A DNA stretch of 64,000 nt from Acidimicrobiia bacterium (GCA_035316025.1 DATFXL010000053.1:1748-65747), one strand, 5' to 3'; shown: positions 18,694 to 28,610, counted from the stretch's first letter. Numbers and translations are program-made. The notes: a model not told the origin generated them from the sequence alone.

Positions 18694-18882
18694 CTAGGGC
18701 TTCTGCACCTTGCCCGCCTTCAGGCAGGAGGTGCATACGTGGATGCGCTTGGGGCTGCCGTCCACGATGGCCCGGACGCGCTGGACGTTGGGGTTCCAGC
18801 GGCGCTTCGTGCGGCGGTGCGAGTGGCTGATGCGCATGCCGAACTGCGGCTTCTTGCCGCACACGTCGCACACGGATGCCAT
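18694..18882 (-). CDS. rpmB: 50S ribosomal protein L28 (zinc-ribbon C+ form)
   Basis: C-terminal 62 codons of track ORF 18694..18984 from ATG 18882. The sequence is [42 protein letters not shown]. Confidence 0.9.
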   Translation of the reverse strand: MASVCDVCGKKPQFGMRISHSHRRTKRRWNPNVQRVRAIVDGSPKRIHVCTSCLKAGKVQKP

Positions 18883-18965
18883 CGGGACCACCTCGGGGCC
18901 GGATCGGAAGCTCAGGTGGGATCGGGGACAGTAAGGATAGCAACGACGTCGCGAGGGCCAGGAAT

Positions 18966-20639
18966 GTGACGGCAGTAACATCACGTCTCGTGAGCGCGGT
19001 GGAGGAGCTAGCGCCCGCCGATCTGCGGCGCGTCGTCATCACGTACCGCGACGCACTGCGCAGCCACCAGGACGAGCTGAACCGGCTCAACGTGTATCCC
19101 GTCCCGGACGGCGACACGGGCACGAACATGGCGCTCACCCTCGAGTCGGTCGTGGGCGAGCTCGACTCGGCCGAGGGGATGGGCGAGGTCTGCCGGGCCG
19201 TGTCACACGGGTCGCTCATGGGGGCGCGGGGCAACTCGGGCGTGATCCTCTCGCAGATCCTGCGCGGACTCGCCGACACGTTCTCGGGTCTCGCGGAAGC
19301 CTCGGGTCGCGATCTCGTCGCCGGTCTCCGGCGTGCGACCGACGCCGCCTACCAGGCGGTGCTCCGGCCGGTCGAGGGCACGATCCTCACTGTCGTGCGC
19401 GCGGCGACGGAGGCCGTCGAGGCCGCGCACACGGCCGGCGAGGAGTCCCTGACGGCGCTCCTGGACGTGGCCGCCACCGCCGCGCGCGACGCCGTCGAGG
19501 GCACGCCCGAGCTGCTGCCCGTGCTCAAGGAGGCGGGAGTGGTGGATGCCGGCGGCCAGGGCTTCGCGCTGATGATCGACGCCTTCCTCGCCGTCGTCGA
19601 CGGCCGACCCCTGCCGGAACCGCAAGCGGTCGCGACGCCCGCCGCGGTCGAGGCCCACATGCAGGGCGAGGAGCCGTCATCGCTCCGGTACGAGGTCATG
19701 TACCTCCTCGAAGCCAAGGACTCGACGATCCCCGCGTTCAAGGACACGTGGGCCGCGCTCGGCGACTCGATCGTCGTCGTCGGTGGCGACGGCATGTGGA
19801 ACTGCCACGTGCACACGAACGAGGTCGGCGCTGCGATCGAGGCGGGCATCGAAGCTGGGCGACCCTGGAGTATTCGCGTCACGGACCTCCTCGACCAGGT
19901 CGAAGAGGAGCAGTGGGTTCGTGACCAGGCGGCACAGCCGCTGTCGGGCTCCGACGTCGCGTCCGCGGGTGCCACCGAACGGTGCACCACGGCCGTCGTC
20001 ACGGTTGCGGTCGGCGAAGGCGTGCGCCGTCTCCTCTACAGCCTCGGGGTGCAGGCGGTCGTCGCGGGTGGCCAGTCGATGAACCCGTCGACGGCACAGA
20101 TCCTCGACGCGATCGAGCGTTGCCCGTCCGACTCGGTCATTGTCCTCCCGAACAACAAGAACATCGTCCCCGTCGCCGAGCAGGTCCACGAGCTCACGGC
20201 GCGTCACGTCCAGGTGGTGCCGACGCACGCCGTCGTGGAGGCACTCGCCGCGCTGGTCGCGTACGACCCGCAGGCCACCGTCGATGCCAACGCCGCCGCG
20301 ATGACCGAGGCCGTGCAACGGGTCCGAACAGGCGAGATCACGCAAGCGGTGCGCGACGGCGTGGGCGACTCGGGCCCGATCAAGGCCGGCGACTGGATCG
20401 CCATCAGCCGCGACGGCGTGTGGGTGATCGAGAAGACCGCCGCCGACGCCGCGATCAGGCTTGTCGACCGGCTCGTGGACGACGAGAGCGAGCTGCTCAC
20501 CGTCCTCGCGGGCGCGCAGGCGGTCACCGCCGAGACCGCCCGCCTGGAGGAGCACGTCGCGCTCGCGTACCCGCACCTCGAGATCGAGGTGCACGAGGGC
20601 GGTCAGCCTCTGTACAGCTATCTCGTCGGCGTCGAGTAG
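18966..20639 (+). CDS. DAK2 domain fusion protein (YloV family)
   Basis: Inner GTG 18966 of track ORF 18876..20639. The Dak2 signature is [29 protein letters not shown], followed by a C-terminal YloV-type domain. Confidence 0.8.
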   Translation: MTAVTSRLVSAVEELAPADLRRVVITYRDALRSHQDELNRLNVYPVPDGDTGTNMALTLESVVGELDSAEGMGEVCRAVSHGSLMGARGNSGVILSQILRGLADTFSGLAEASGRDLVAGLRRATDAAYQAVLRPVEGTILTVVRAATEAVEAAHTAGEESLTALLDVAATAARDAVEGTPELLPVLKEAGVVDAGGQGFALMIDAFLAVVDGRPLPEPQAVATPAAVEAHMQGEEPSSLRYEVMYLLEAKDSTIPAFKDTWAALGDSIVVVGGDGMWNCHVHTNEVGAAIEAGIEAGRPWSIRVTDLLDQVEEEQWVRDQAAQPLSGSDVASAGATERCTTAVVTVAVGEGVRRLLYSLGVQAVVAGGQSMNPSTAQILDAIERCPSDSVIVLPNNKNIVPVAEQVHELTARHVQVVPTHAVVEALAALVAYDPQATVDANAAAMTEAVQRVRTGEITQAVRDGVGDSGPIKAGDWIAISRDGVWVIEKTAADAAIRLVDRLVDDESELLTVLAGAQAVTAETARLEEHVALAYPHLEIEVHEGGQPLYSYLVGVE

Positions 20640-20642
20640 CCG

Positions 20643-22775
20643 GTGGGTCGACCCGACGGGTTGACGCTCCGGGAGATCGCTTCGCACCCCGTCGCCGAGC
20701 TGCGTGCGGTCGGGCCCAAGCTCGAGGCGTCCCTCGCGGAGATGGACATCCGCACCTCGCTCGACCTGCTCCAGCACTACCCGCGCCGGTACCACGACCG
20801 CACGAAGCAGGCCGAGATCGCCGACCTGCAGATGGGCGACGAGGCGACCGTCTTTGCCGAGGTCAAGAAGATCCGGGGCGCGTTCACGCGCCAGGGCCGT
20901 GCCGTCGTCACGGCGGAGGTGTTCGACGGGTCGTCCTATCTGCGCGTCGTGTTCTTCAACCAGCGCTGGCGGGAGAAGCAGCTGCCCGAGGGCACCGAAG
21001 CCGCCTTCTTCGGGCGGGTGGAGTACCGCCGGTCCCGGCTCCAGATGACCAACCCGATCGTCGACATCCTGGATCGTGTCGGGGAGAACACCGGGGCGAT
21101 CGTGCCGGTATACCCACAGTCCGGGAAGGCGGAGGTGTTCACATGGCAGCTCCGCAAGCTCGTCGCCGCGTGCCTCCAGCGGACCGAGCTGCGCGGCTTC
21201 GCCGAGCCGCTTGGCGCCGAGGTTCTCGCGGCGCGTGGTCTCGTCGACCGGACGCGCGCTTATCGCGGCATCCACCTCCCCGAGACGCACGACGACCATC
21301 ACCGCGCCGCCGAACGGCTCAAGTTCGACGAGTTCGTGCGCATGCAAGTCGGACTCGTGGCGCGTAAACGCGCGCTGGAGCAGGAGCGGACGGGGATCCG
21401 GCACCAGGTCGACGGCCCGCTTGTCGTGGCGTTCCCTGCGGGACTGCCGTTCAACCTCACTGGCGATCAGGAGCGCGCCATCAACGAGATCTTCCGCGAT
21501 CTCGCGTCGTCGGCGCCCATGCACCGACTGCTGCAAGGGGAAGTCGGCTCGGGGAAGACCGTCGTCGCGCTCAGCGCGCTGCTCGTCGCCGTGCAAGGCG
21601 GGTACCAGGGTGCGTTCATGGCGCCGACCGAGGTGCTCGCGGAACAGCACTTCCTCACGTCGCGCCGTCTTCTGGAGGGACTGTCGGTCCCGTGGGAGAC
21701 AAGCCTCGTGGGTGAGAGGCCGGTACGCGTCGAGCTGCTCACGAACCGCACGGGCGCCGCCGATCGCCGCCGTATCGTGGACGGGCTGAACGCGGGCGAG
21801 GTCGACGTCGTGGTCGGCACGCACGCGTTGATCTACGGCGAGGTCGAGTTTCCCCGCCTCGGGCTGGCCGTGATCGACGAGCAGCACCGCTTCGGAGTCG
21901 AGCAGCGCGCGGTGCTCAAAGGCATGGGAGACGCCGACGTCCTCGTCATGACCGCGACACCCATCCCTCGCACGGCCGCGATGCTCGTCTACGGCGACCT
22001 CGACAAGTCCGAGCTGCGGGAGATGCCGTCCGGGCGCGCCCCGGTGACCACCGAGATCATCGGTCCGAGCCCGCTGGAGCGCACCACGGCCTACGAGCGC
22101 CTGCGCGGAGAGGTCAGGGCGGGGCGGCAGGCGTACGTGGTCTGCCCGCTGGTCGAGGGCTCGTCGCGCACCGAGGCGAAGGCGGCCACGGAGGAGCTCG
22201 AGCGCCTCGACGAGGAGGAGCTCGCGGGGCTGCGGCTCGGGCTCCTTCACGGGCAGTTGCCCGCCCGCGACAAGGAAGCGGTGATGGACGCGTTCCGCGG
22301 GGGCGAGATCGACGTGCTCGTTGCCACGACGGTGATCGAGGTCGGTGTCGACGTCCCGAACGCCACCGTGATGATCGTCGAGGACGCCGACCGCTTCGGC
22401 CTGTCGCAGTTGCACCAACTCCGAGGGCGGATCGGACGAGGCGGCGGCAGGTCGTGGTGCTTCCTGTTCGCGGCGCCCACAACACCCGAGGCGGAGGCGC
22501 GCATGGAGGCGCTCGCGGCGTCCACGGACGGGTTCCTCCTCGCCGAGCGCGACCTCGAGATCCGCGGCGCGGGGGAGGTCTTCGGAGAGCGTCAGGCCGG
22601 GTTCAGCGACTTGAAGCTCGGGCGGATCCCGCGCGACGAGTCGATCGTCCTCGAAGCGCGTGCCGTTGCCGAGCAGATCCTCGACGACGACCCCGCCCTC
22701 TCCGAGCACACCCAACTGCGCGAGGAGGTCGAGGACATGCTGGGCGACGCGGTCGAGTTCTTGTTCAAGAGTTGA
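20643..22775 (+). CDS. recG: ATP-dependent DNA helicase RecG
   Basis: 710 aa. It has an N-terminal wedge domain, helicase motifs GEVGSGKT (Walker A) and VIDEQHRFG (DEQH box), and HQLRGRIGRG near the C-terminus. Confidence 0.9.
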   Translation: MGRPDGLTLREIASHPVAELRAVGPKLEASLAEMDIRTSLDLLQHYPRRYHDRTKQAEIADLQMGDEATVFAEVKKIRGAFTRQGRAVVTAEVFDGSSYLRVVFFNQRWREKQLPEGTEAAFFGRVEYRRSRLQMTNPIVDILDRVGENTGAIVPVYPQSGKAEVFTWQLRKLVAACLQRTELRGFAEPLGAEVLAARGLVDRTRAYRGIHLPETHDDHHRAAERLKFDEFVRMQVGLVARKRALEQERTGIRHQVDGPLVVAFPAGLPFNLTGDQERAINEIFRDLASSAPMHRLLQGEVGSGKTVVALSALLVAVQGGYQGAFMAPTEVLAEQHFLTSRRLLEGLSVPWETSLVGERPVRVELLTNRTGAADRRRIVDGLNAGEVDVVVGTHALIYGEVEFPRLGLAVIDEQHRFGVEQRAVLKGMGDADVLVMTATPIPRTAAMLVYGDLDKSELREMPSGRAPVTTEIIGPSPLERTTAYERLRGEVRAGRQAYVVCPLVEGSSRTEAKAATEELERLDEEELAGLRLGLLHGQLPARDKEAVMDAFRGGEIDVLVATTVIEVGVDVPNATVMIVEDADRFGLSQLHQLRGRIGRGGGRSWCFLFAAPTTPEAEARMEALAASTDGFLLAERDLEIRGAGEVFGERQAGFSDLKLGRIPRDESIVLEARAVAEQILDDDPALSEHTQLREEVEDMLGDAVEFLFKS

Positions 22776-23365
22776 TGGCCCGGGCACGCCACGGAGGTCT
22801 TCGTGTGATCGCCGGCAGCGCCGGCGGTCTGTCGCTCGTAGCACCGAAGGGTGGCGCTGCACGACCGACGGCGGACCGGGTGAAGGAGTCGTTGTTCGCG
22901 GCGCTGGGGCCCGACCGCATCGTCGACGCGTCGATCCTCGATCTGTACGCGGGCAGCGGCGCGTTGGCGATCGAGGCGCTGTCCCGGGGCGCGGCCTGGG
23001 CCGTGCTCGTCGAGCGCGACCATGCCGCCGTCAAGGCCATCCGTCGCAACCTCGCCTCGACCCGCCTTCGTGACAGTGCCCGCGTGCAAGACAGCACCGT
23101 GGCAACGTTTCTGGGCGGCAAGCCGCCCGCCGAGCGGCCCTTCGACCTCGTGTTCCTCGACCCGCCCTACGCGGCCGCGACGCCCGAGCTCGGTCGCGTG
23201 CTCGGCGGGCTCGACCGGACGGGATGGTTGGCCCACAGCGCCAGCGTCGTGATCGAGCGGCCCACGAACGGAGCCCCCGGTCCCGTTCCGGAGTCCTGGG
23301 AGACCACATGGGAACGGGCGTACGGCGATACGCTCGTCACCGTCCTCACGACGCCAACCGGCTGA
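22775..23365 (+). CDS. rsmD: 16S rRNA (guanine966-N2)-methyltransferase RsmD
   Basis: Inner ATG 22775 (TGATG junction with recG). The sequence reads LRVIAGSAGG..RPTADRVKESLF..LDLYAGSGALAIEALSRGA..FLDPPY. Confidence 0.8.
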   Translation: MARARHGGLRVIAGSAGGLSLVAPKGGAARPTADRVKESLFAALGPDRIVDASILDLYAGSGALAIEALSRGAAWAVLVERDHAAVKAIRRNLASTRLRDSARVQDSTVATFLGGKPPAERPFDLVFLDPPYAAATPELGRVLGGLDRTGWLAHSASVVIERPTNGAPGPVPESWETTWERAYGDTLVTVLTTPTG

Positions 23366-23396
23366 GAGCAGCTCGCCGACCAGGGAGCGACAGGGC

Positions 23397-23915
23397 GTGG
23401 CCACAGCACTATGCCCGGGTTCGTTCGACCCGGTGACGAACGGGCATCTCGACATCATCGAGCGGACGGCGCGCCACTTCGACGACGTCATCGTCGCTGT
23501 GATCCGCAACCCGCAGAAGTCGGAGTCTCTGTTCACGCTGGAGGAACGCCAGGAGATGCTGCGCGAGGTGACGGCGCACCTTCCGAACGTCCGCATCGAC
23601 TTCTTCAAGGGCCTGCTCGTCGACTACGCCAAGGAGCACGACGCCCAGGCGATCGTGAAGGGCCTGCGGGCGTTGTCGGACTTCGACTACGAGCTGCAGA
23701 TGGCGCAGATGAACGAGCGCCTGTCAGGGATCGACACCTTTTTCATCTCGACGAGCCCGCAGTACTCGTTCCTGTCGTCGAGTCTGGTGCGGGAAGTCGC
23801 CCGCTTCGGTGGGGACGTCACCAACATGGTGCCGCCGGCGGTCGCGAAGCGTCTGAACGAGCGGTTCGGCGACCGGGCCGGTGGGGACGGCCGGGAGGGC
23901 GAGGGCGACTTGTGA
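23397..23915 (+). CDS. coaD: pantetheine-phosphate adenylyltransferase
   Basis: 172 aa reading CPGSFDPVTNGHLDIIER..VKGLRALSDFDYELQMAQMN..SSSLVREV. Confidence 0.9.
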   Translation: MATALCPGSFDPVTNGHLDIIERTARHFDDVIVAVIRNPQKSESLFTLEERQEMLREVTAHLPNVRIDFFKGLLVDYAKEHDAQAIVKGLRALSDFDYELQMAQMNERLSGIDTFFISTSPQYSFLSSSLVREVARFGGDVTNMVPPAVAKRLNERFGDRAGGDGREGEGDL

Positions 23916-24499
23916 GCGACCAAGCCGCGTACGACGTCGAGAGCATCCTGCTGCGGCTCAAGGAGCTGGTGGAGGCGGGTCGCTCGATGCCGATGTCGGC
24001 GTCGGTGCTCGTCAACCGGGAGGAGTTCCTCGAGCTGCTGGAGGAGGCGATCGCGACGCTGCCCCAGGAGCTGCGTCAGTCACGGTGGCTGCTCAAGGAA
24101 CGGGACGAGTTCCTGACCCAGTCGCGACGCGAAGCCGACGACATCATCGAGGCGGGTCGAGTCCGAGCCGAGCGCATGGTCGAGCGGACCGAGGTCATGC
24201 GTGAGTCCCGGCGGGTGGCGCAAACCGTCGTCGACGACGCCGAGGCGTCCGCCCGACAGCTCCGCCACGAGGCCGAGGACTACGTCGACCAGAAGCTCGC
24301 CGGCTTCGAGGTGGTGCTCGAGCGGACGATCGCCGCCGTACAGAAGGGGCGGGAGCGCCTGCAGGTCGTGATCGAGCCCGAGCCCCAGTTCGACACCGAC
24401 GCCGAGCCCGAGGAGGCCGGGCCGATGGAGCACGAGCTGGCCCCGGTCGAGGTCGAGCCGGAGCTGCAGGACAGCTTCTTCGACCAGGACGCGCGCTAG
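23912..24499 (+). CDS. coiled-coil protein of unknown function (family often auto-annotated as ATP synthase B-like/DivIVA-like)
   Basis: C-terminal 195 codons of track ORF 23411..24499 from GTG 23912, which overlaps the coaD stop (GTGA). It is a charged, heptad-like sequence with an acidic tail. Confidence 0.6.
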   Translation: MSDQAAYDVESILLRLKELVEAGRSMPMSASVLVNREEFLELLEEAIATLPQELRQSRWLLKERDEFLTQSRREADDIIEAGRVRAERMVERTEVMRESRRVAQTVVDDAEASARQLRHEAEDYVDQKLAGFEVVLERTIAAVQKGRERLQVVIEPEPQFDTDAEPEEAGPMEHELAPVEVEPELQDSFFDQDAR

Positions 24500-24616
24500 C
24501 GCCACGACGGATTCCTTCCAAATTCTGGGAAACGCGCCGCCTGGTATCCTTGACCAGGCACGGCGCCCACCGGGGCGGCGCCGGGCCGCAGGATCTTCCA
24601 CTCCGCCCCTCGCCAC

Positions 24617-25111
24617 ATGACGGCCCACATCCCGGCGCTGCGCATCGACGTCGCCGACCTCCTGACTCACCCGGCCGCCCGCCGAACCGTGCACCTCGAG
24701 GTTCCGGTGGACTCGCTGGCCGGGTCGGCGGCGCGGGTTCCTGAGGACGAACCCGTCGTGCTCGACCTGGTGCTGGAGCGAGTGCCCGAGGGCATCGTCG
24801 TCCGGGGCACGGTCCACGCCGTGTGGCGAGGCACCTGCGGGGTCTGCTTGACCGACCTGGAGTACGCGGTCACCCCGGAAGTGTCGGAGCTGTTCGAGGC
24901 CGACCCGATCGAGGGCGACACGTACCCGCTCGAGGGCCACGAGATCGACCTGGAGCAGCTCGTCCGCGACGTGGTCCTCCTGGAGCTGCCGCTGGCACCC
25001 ACGTGCGACGCGACCGGACGCGCGCCGTGTACTCCCGACCTCGTCCCCGAGCGCGAGCCGCCCCCGACCGATCCGCGCTGGGCCACGCTGTCCGATCTCG
25101 ACCTGAGCTGA
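24617..25111 (+). CDS. yceD: YceD/DUF177 family protein (23S rRNA accumulation protein)
   Basis: 164 aa. A CxxC (CGVC) is followed by a later cysteine pair. Its position directly upstream of rpmF-plsX matches the conserved yceD-rpmF-plsX arrangement. Confidence 0.75.
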   Translation: MTAHIPALRIDVADLLTHPAARRTVHLEVPVDSLAGSAARVPEDEPVVLDLVLERVPEGIVVRGTVHAVWRGTCGVCLTDLEYAVTPEVSELFEADPIEGDTYPLEGHEIDLEQLVRDVVLLELPLAPTCDATGRAPCTPDLVPEREPPPTDPRWATLSDLDLS

Positions 25112-25127
25112 GAGCGAAAGGCATCCG

Positions 25128-25307
25128 ATGGCTGTACCGAAGCGCAAGACCCCCAGGGGCAAGACCCGGAGTCGCCGCGCCGCCAACTGGCGCCTGACCG
25201 CGCCGCCCCGCTCGCTCTGCGCGAACTGCGGCGCCGTGAAGCGGCCGCACGTCGTCTGCGACAACTGCGGTTGGTACCGCGACCGCCAGGTCGTCGAGGT
25301 CGACTAG
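25128..25307 (+). CDS. rpmF: 50S ribosomal protein L32 (zinc-ribbon C+ form)
   Basis: Not in the ORF track because it is only 59 aa. My translation is MAVPKRKTPRGKTRSRRAANWRLTAPPRSLCANCGAVKRPHVVCDNCGWYRDRQVVEVD, stop TAG 25305-25307. The SD-like GAAAGG lies upstream. Confidence 0.85.
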   Translation: MAVPKRKTPRGKTRSRRAANWRLTAPPRSLCANCGAVKRPHVVCDNCGWYRDRQVVEVD

Positions 25308-25312
25308 CGCCG

Positions 25313-26314
25313 GTGGCCACCTCGCGCATCACCGTCGCAGTCGACGCGATGGGCGGCGACCATGCCCCGGGTGAGATCGTCCGCGGCGCGGTCGATGCCG
25401 TAACCGAGCTCGACGTCGAGGTGGTGCTGGTCGGACAGGAGCCCGCCGTCGCTCCGCTGCTTTCCGACGCCGGCGTGCCCGGCGTCGAGCTCGAGCACGC
25501 CGAGGAGATCGTGGCCATGGACGAGGACCCGGCCGCCGCCGCCCGGCGCAAGAAGGACTCGTCGCTGGTCCGCTGCGCGCAGGCCGTCCGCGAGGGGCGG
25601 GCCCAGGCGATGGTCGGCGCCGGGAACACCGGGGCGACGATGGCGGCCGCGCTCTTGCGGCTGGGGCGCATCCGCGGCATCGCCCGCCCCGCGATCGCGA
25701 TCCCGATCCCCGTGCCGGCAGGCACCCGCCATCAGCTCCTCATCGACGGAGGGGCGACCGTCGACTGCACGCCCGAATGGCTCGCCCAGTTCGCCCGCAT
25801 GGGGCGCGAGTACGCACGAACCCGACTGGGCGTCGACGCGCCGACCATCGGCCTGCTGTCGAACGGCGAGGAGCCCGGAAAGGGTGACGAGCTCCGCAAG
25901 AACGTGTTCGGGCTCCTCGAGAAGCTGCCCGGGTTCCATGGCAACGTCGAGGGTCGAGATCTGATGCACGGGACGGTGGACGTTGTCGTCACCGACGGCT
26001 TCACCGGCAACGTCGTGCTCAAGACGCTCGAAGGCGCGCTCCGCGCCGCCGTCGCTCTCGTTTTCGGTGTGCTCGACTCGACACCGGAGGCGAAGGAGGC
26101 GGGCAAGGTTCTCGCCCCCATGCTTCTCGACGCCGCCGGCGTGTTCGACCCCGACCTGACCGGAGGCGCAGTGCTGCTCGGCGTCGACGGCGTGTGTGTG
26201 ATCTCGCACGGCTCGTCGTCGGCCCGGGCGATCGTGAACGCGGTGCGCGTCGCCAAGGAGTGCGTCGAGACCGGCGTGGTGGGGCGCCTCAAGGAGGCGA
26301 TCGATGCCGGCTGA
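25313..26314 (+). CDS. plsX: phosphate acyltransferase PlsX
   Basis: Inner GTG 25313 of track ORF 25271..26314. The sequence reads ITVAVDAMGGDHAP..AMVGAGNTGATMAA..TDGFTGNVVLKT. Confidence 0.9.
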   Translation: MATSRITVAVDAMGGDHAPGEIVRGAVDAVTELDVEVVLVGQEPAVAPLLSDAGVPGVELEHAEEIVAMDEDPAAAARRKKDSSLVRCAQAVREGRAQAMVGAGNTGATMAAALLRLGRIRGIARPAIAIPIPVPAGTRHQLLIDGGATVDCTPEWLAQFARMGREYARTRLGVDAPTIGLLSNGEEPGKGDELRKNVFGLLEKLPGFHGNVEGRDLMHGTVDVVVTDGFTGNVVLKTLEGALRAAVALVFGVLDSTPEAKEAGKVLAPMLLDAAGVFDPDLTGGAVLLGVDGVCVISHGSSSARAIVNAVRVAKECVETGVVGRLKEAIDAG

Positions 26315-26597
26315 GACGCACGTCGGCCACGGCCCGATCGGTCCCGACGAGGTGTACCGCATCCTGCGCGAGCGGCTGGCGGAGATCCTCGAGATCGACG
26401 AGGACCGCATCAAGCTCGAGTCCGACTTCACCAAGGACCTCGAAGCCGACTCGCTTGCGCTCATCGAGCTCGTCGAGGCGCTGGAGGAGGAGCTGGGCGA
26501 GCGCACGGTCGGATTCAGCATCGACGACGAGGACCTCGGGGACCTCCACACGGTGCAAGAGGCGGTCGACTACGTCGTCGCCAGGCTCGGGGACTAA
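26304..26597 (+). CDS. acpP: acyl carrier protein
   Basis: 97-aa ORF with the phosphopantetheine attachment motif DLEADSLALIELV. An alternative start at GTG 26352 would give a canonical 81-aa ACP. Confidence 0.8.
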   Translation: MPAETHVGHGPIGPDEVYRILRERLAEILEIDEDRIKLESDFTKDLEADSLALIELVEALEEELGERTVGFSIDDEDLGDLHTVQEAVDYVVARLGD

Positions 26598-26599
26598 CC

Positions 26600-27412
26600 G
26601 TGCGCGCAGGCCGTCGACGGAGGAAGAAGGAGAGAAAGAAGGACGTCCCGTCCCGCGAGCTCGACGCCGCGCTCGGGTTCAAGTTCCATGACACCGCGCT
26701 GATCGACCGGGCTCTGGCGCACCGCTCATTCTGCGCCGAGCATCCGGACACGCTGTCGAACGAGCGGCTCGAGTTCCTTGGCGACGCCGTCCTCGGGCTC
26801 GTCGTCACCGATTACATGTTCGCCGAGTACCCCGACATGGCCGAGGGGGAGTTGGCGAAGCTGCGCGCCTCGGTCGTCAACAGTGAGGCGCTCGCCGAGG
26901 TCGCACGCGAGGTCCGACTGGGCGCGGCACTTCGGCTCGGCAAAGGGGAAGAGGCGACGGGCGGCCGTGATAAGCCGTCGATTCTCGCCGACGCCATGGA
27001 GGCGGTCATCGCCGCGGTGTATCTGGACGGTGGGTGGGATGCCGCCCGCAAGCTGGTGTTGCGGCTGCTCGAGCCGCGGATCGTCGAGGGCGCCTCCGGC
27101 CCCGGCGGCCACGACTACAAGACCCGCCTGCAGGAGCTTGCCACGCAGACGTTCGATCAGCTCCCCCGTTACCAGGTGCGACACGAAGGGCCCGACCACT
27201 CGAAGCACTTCTTCGCCACCGTGCTGTTGCGCGGCGAGCCGTGGGGCACGGGTGAGGGCCGATCGAAGAAGCACGCGGAGCAGGCGGCCGCGCGCGTCGC
27301 ATGGCGACATCTGTGCGAGGTCGCGAACGCCCAGTCGCCCGACGGAGCGCGGCTGGCGACGAACGGGACCGAGATGTCCCGACCGGAGGACAACGATGCC
27401 GGAGTTGCCTGA
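26600..27412 (+). CDS. rnc: ribonuclease III
   Basis: 270 aa. The RNase III signature is NERLEFLGDAVLG, and a C-terminal dsRBD is present (KTRLQE..GEGRSKKHAEQAAA). No other canonical start exists downstream of GTG 26600. Confidence 0.9.
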   Translation: MRAGRRRRKKERKKDVPSRELDAALGFKFHDTALIDRALAHRSFCAEHPDTLSNERLEFLGDAVLGLVVTDYMFAEYPDMAEGELAKLRASVVNSEALAEVAREVRLGAALRLGKGEEATGGRDKPSILADAMEAVIAAVYLDGGWDAARKLVLRLLEPRIVEGASGPGGHDYKTRLQELATQTFDQLPRYQVRHEGPDHSKHFFATVLLRGEPWGTGEGRSKKHAEQAAARVAWRHLCEVANAQSPDGARLATNGTEMSRPEDNDAGVA

Positions 27413-28235
27413 GGTCGAGGTGGTTCGCCGCGACCTCGAACGCGAGATCGTCGGCAAGCGCGTCAAGGCAGTCGACGCCGACGGCATGCGCTCGATCCGT
27501 CGGCACCACAACCGCAAGCAGTTCGCGAACCGTCTCGTCGGCAAGCGCGTCACCGGGATCGAACGACGTGGCAAGTACATCCTCGCCCGGCTCGATGGCG
27601 GCGACGTCCTGGTGATCCATCTCGGCATGTCCGGACAGCTCGTCCGGGCCAAGGGCGCGCGCGAGTCCATGCCGAAGCACACCCACGTCGTGATCACGTT
27701 CACGCAGGGCGGTCAGCTGCGCTTCATCGACCCACGCACGTTCGGCGAGATGTTCGTGACGGAGCTCGACGGTGTGGAGAAGGAGGTGTCGGAGCTGTCG
27801 CACCTCGGGATCGATCCGCTCGAGGACGCGATGTCGTGGGACCGCTTCGGGCGGCTCGTCGCGTCGAAGCACATGAAGCTGAAGTCGCTCCTGATGGACC
27901 AGAAGTTCCTCGCCGGGATCGGCAACATCTACAGCGACGAGATCCTCTTCGGCGCCGGGTTGCGCTGGGATCGCATGAGCGACTCGCTGTCGTCCGAGGA
28001 GATCCGGCGTCTCTACCGCTCCATGGTGGAGACGCTCCAGGAGGCGGTGAAGCACCGGGGGTCGTCACTCGCCGACGAGCAGTACGTCGATCTGAACGGG
28101 AAGCAGGGCGAGTACCAGCTGTACCACAAGGTCTACGCCCGGGAAGGCGAGGCGTGCCGCCGCTGCCGCAAGCCGATCGTCCGCCAGCGCGTCGGCGGCC
28201 GGTCCACGTTCTTCTGCGAGGCCTGCCAGGTTTGA
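27396..28235 (+). CDS. mutM: formamidopyrimidine-DNA glycosylase (Fpg/MutM)
   Basis: Inner ATG 27396 of track ORF 26778..28235. It has the canonical N-terminus MPELPEVE and a C-terminal zinc finger CRRCRKPI..FFCEACQ. Confidence 0.9.
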   Translation: MPELPEVEVVRRDLEREIVGKRVKAVDADGMRSIRRHHNRKQFANRLVGKRVTGIERRGKYILARLDGGDVLVIHLGMSGQLVRAKGARESMPKHTHVVITFTQGGQLRFIDPRTFGEMFVTELDGVEKEVSELSHLGIDPLEDAMSWDRFGRLVASKHMKLKSLLMDQKFLAGIGNIYSDEILFGAGLRWDRMSDSLSSEEIRRLYRSMVETLQEAVKHRGSSLADEQYVDLNGKQGEYQLYHKVYAREGEACRRCRKPIVRQRVGGRSTFFCEACQV

Positions 28236-28516
28236 GCCGCAGCGGCCCCTCGGTCCGCCGCCGCATCTTCGTCGCCGGTCGGGTGCAGGGGGTGTGGTTC
28301 CGGGAGTCGTGCCGCGACCAGGCGCTCGCGTCCGGAGCGGCGGGCTGGGTGCGCAACCTCGACGACGGACGGGTCGAGGTCGTGCTCGAGGGCCCGCCCG
28401 CCGCCGTCGACGCGGTGGTGGCGTGGTGCCGGGACGGGCCGCCGCGTGCCCGCGTCCACGACGTTGAGGTGCTCCAGGAAGCGCCAGTCGGGGAGCAGGG
28501 CTTTCGGGTCCGGTAG
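28232..28516 (+). CDS. acyP: acylphosphatase
   Basis: C-terminal 94 codons of track ORF 27836..28516 from TTG 28232 (TTGA overlap with the mutM stop). The sequence reads VAGRVQGVWFR..GWVRNLDDGRVEVVLEG. Confidence 0.75.
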   Translation: MSRSGPSVRRRIFVAGRVQGVWFRESCRDQALASGAAGWVRNLDDGRVEVVLEGPPAAVDAVVAWCRDGPPRARVHDVEVLQEAPVGEQGFRVR

Positions 28517-28610
28517 GGGCCGGATTTCCCGTCGGAGCGTCCCCGGCGAGCGCGATCCTCGTAGGTACCATCCGACGGCCGCCCAAGTTGCGCAAAGGAG
28601 AGCCGGCCGG

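Noticed and set aside
24500-24616. A promoter call upstream of yceD-rpmF-plsX (TGGTATCCT extended -10-like element at 24543-24550).
   Set aside because: There is no convincing -35 element at 16-19-nt spacing. High-GC actinobacterial promoters are too degenerate to call from one hexamer, so I did not list it as a feature.
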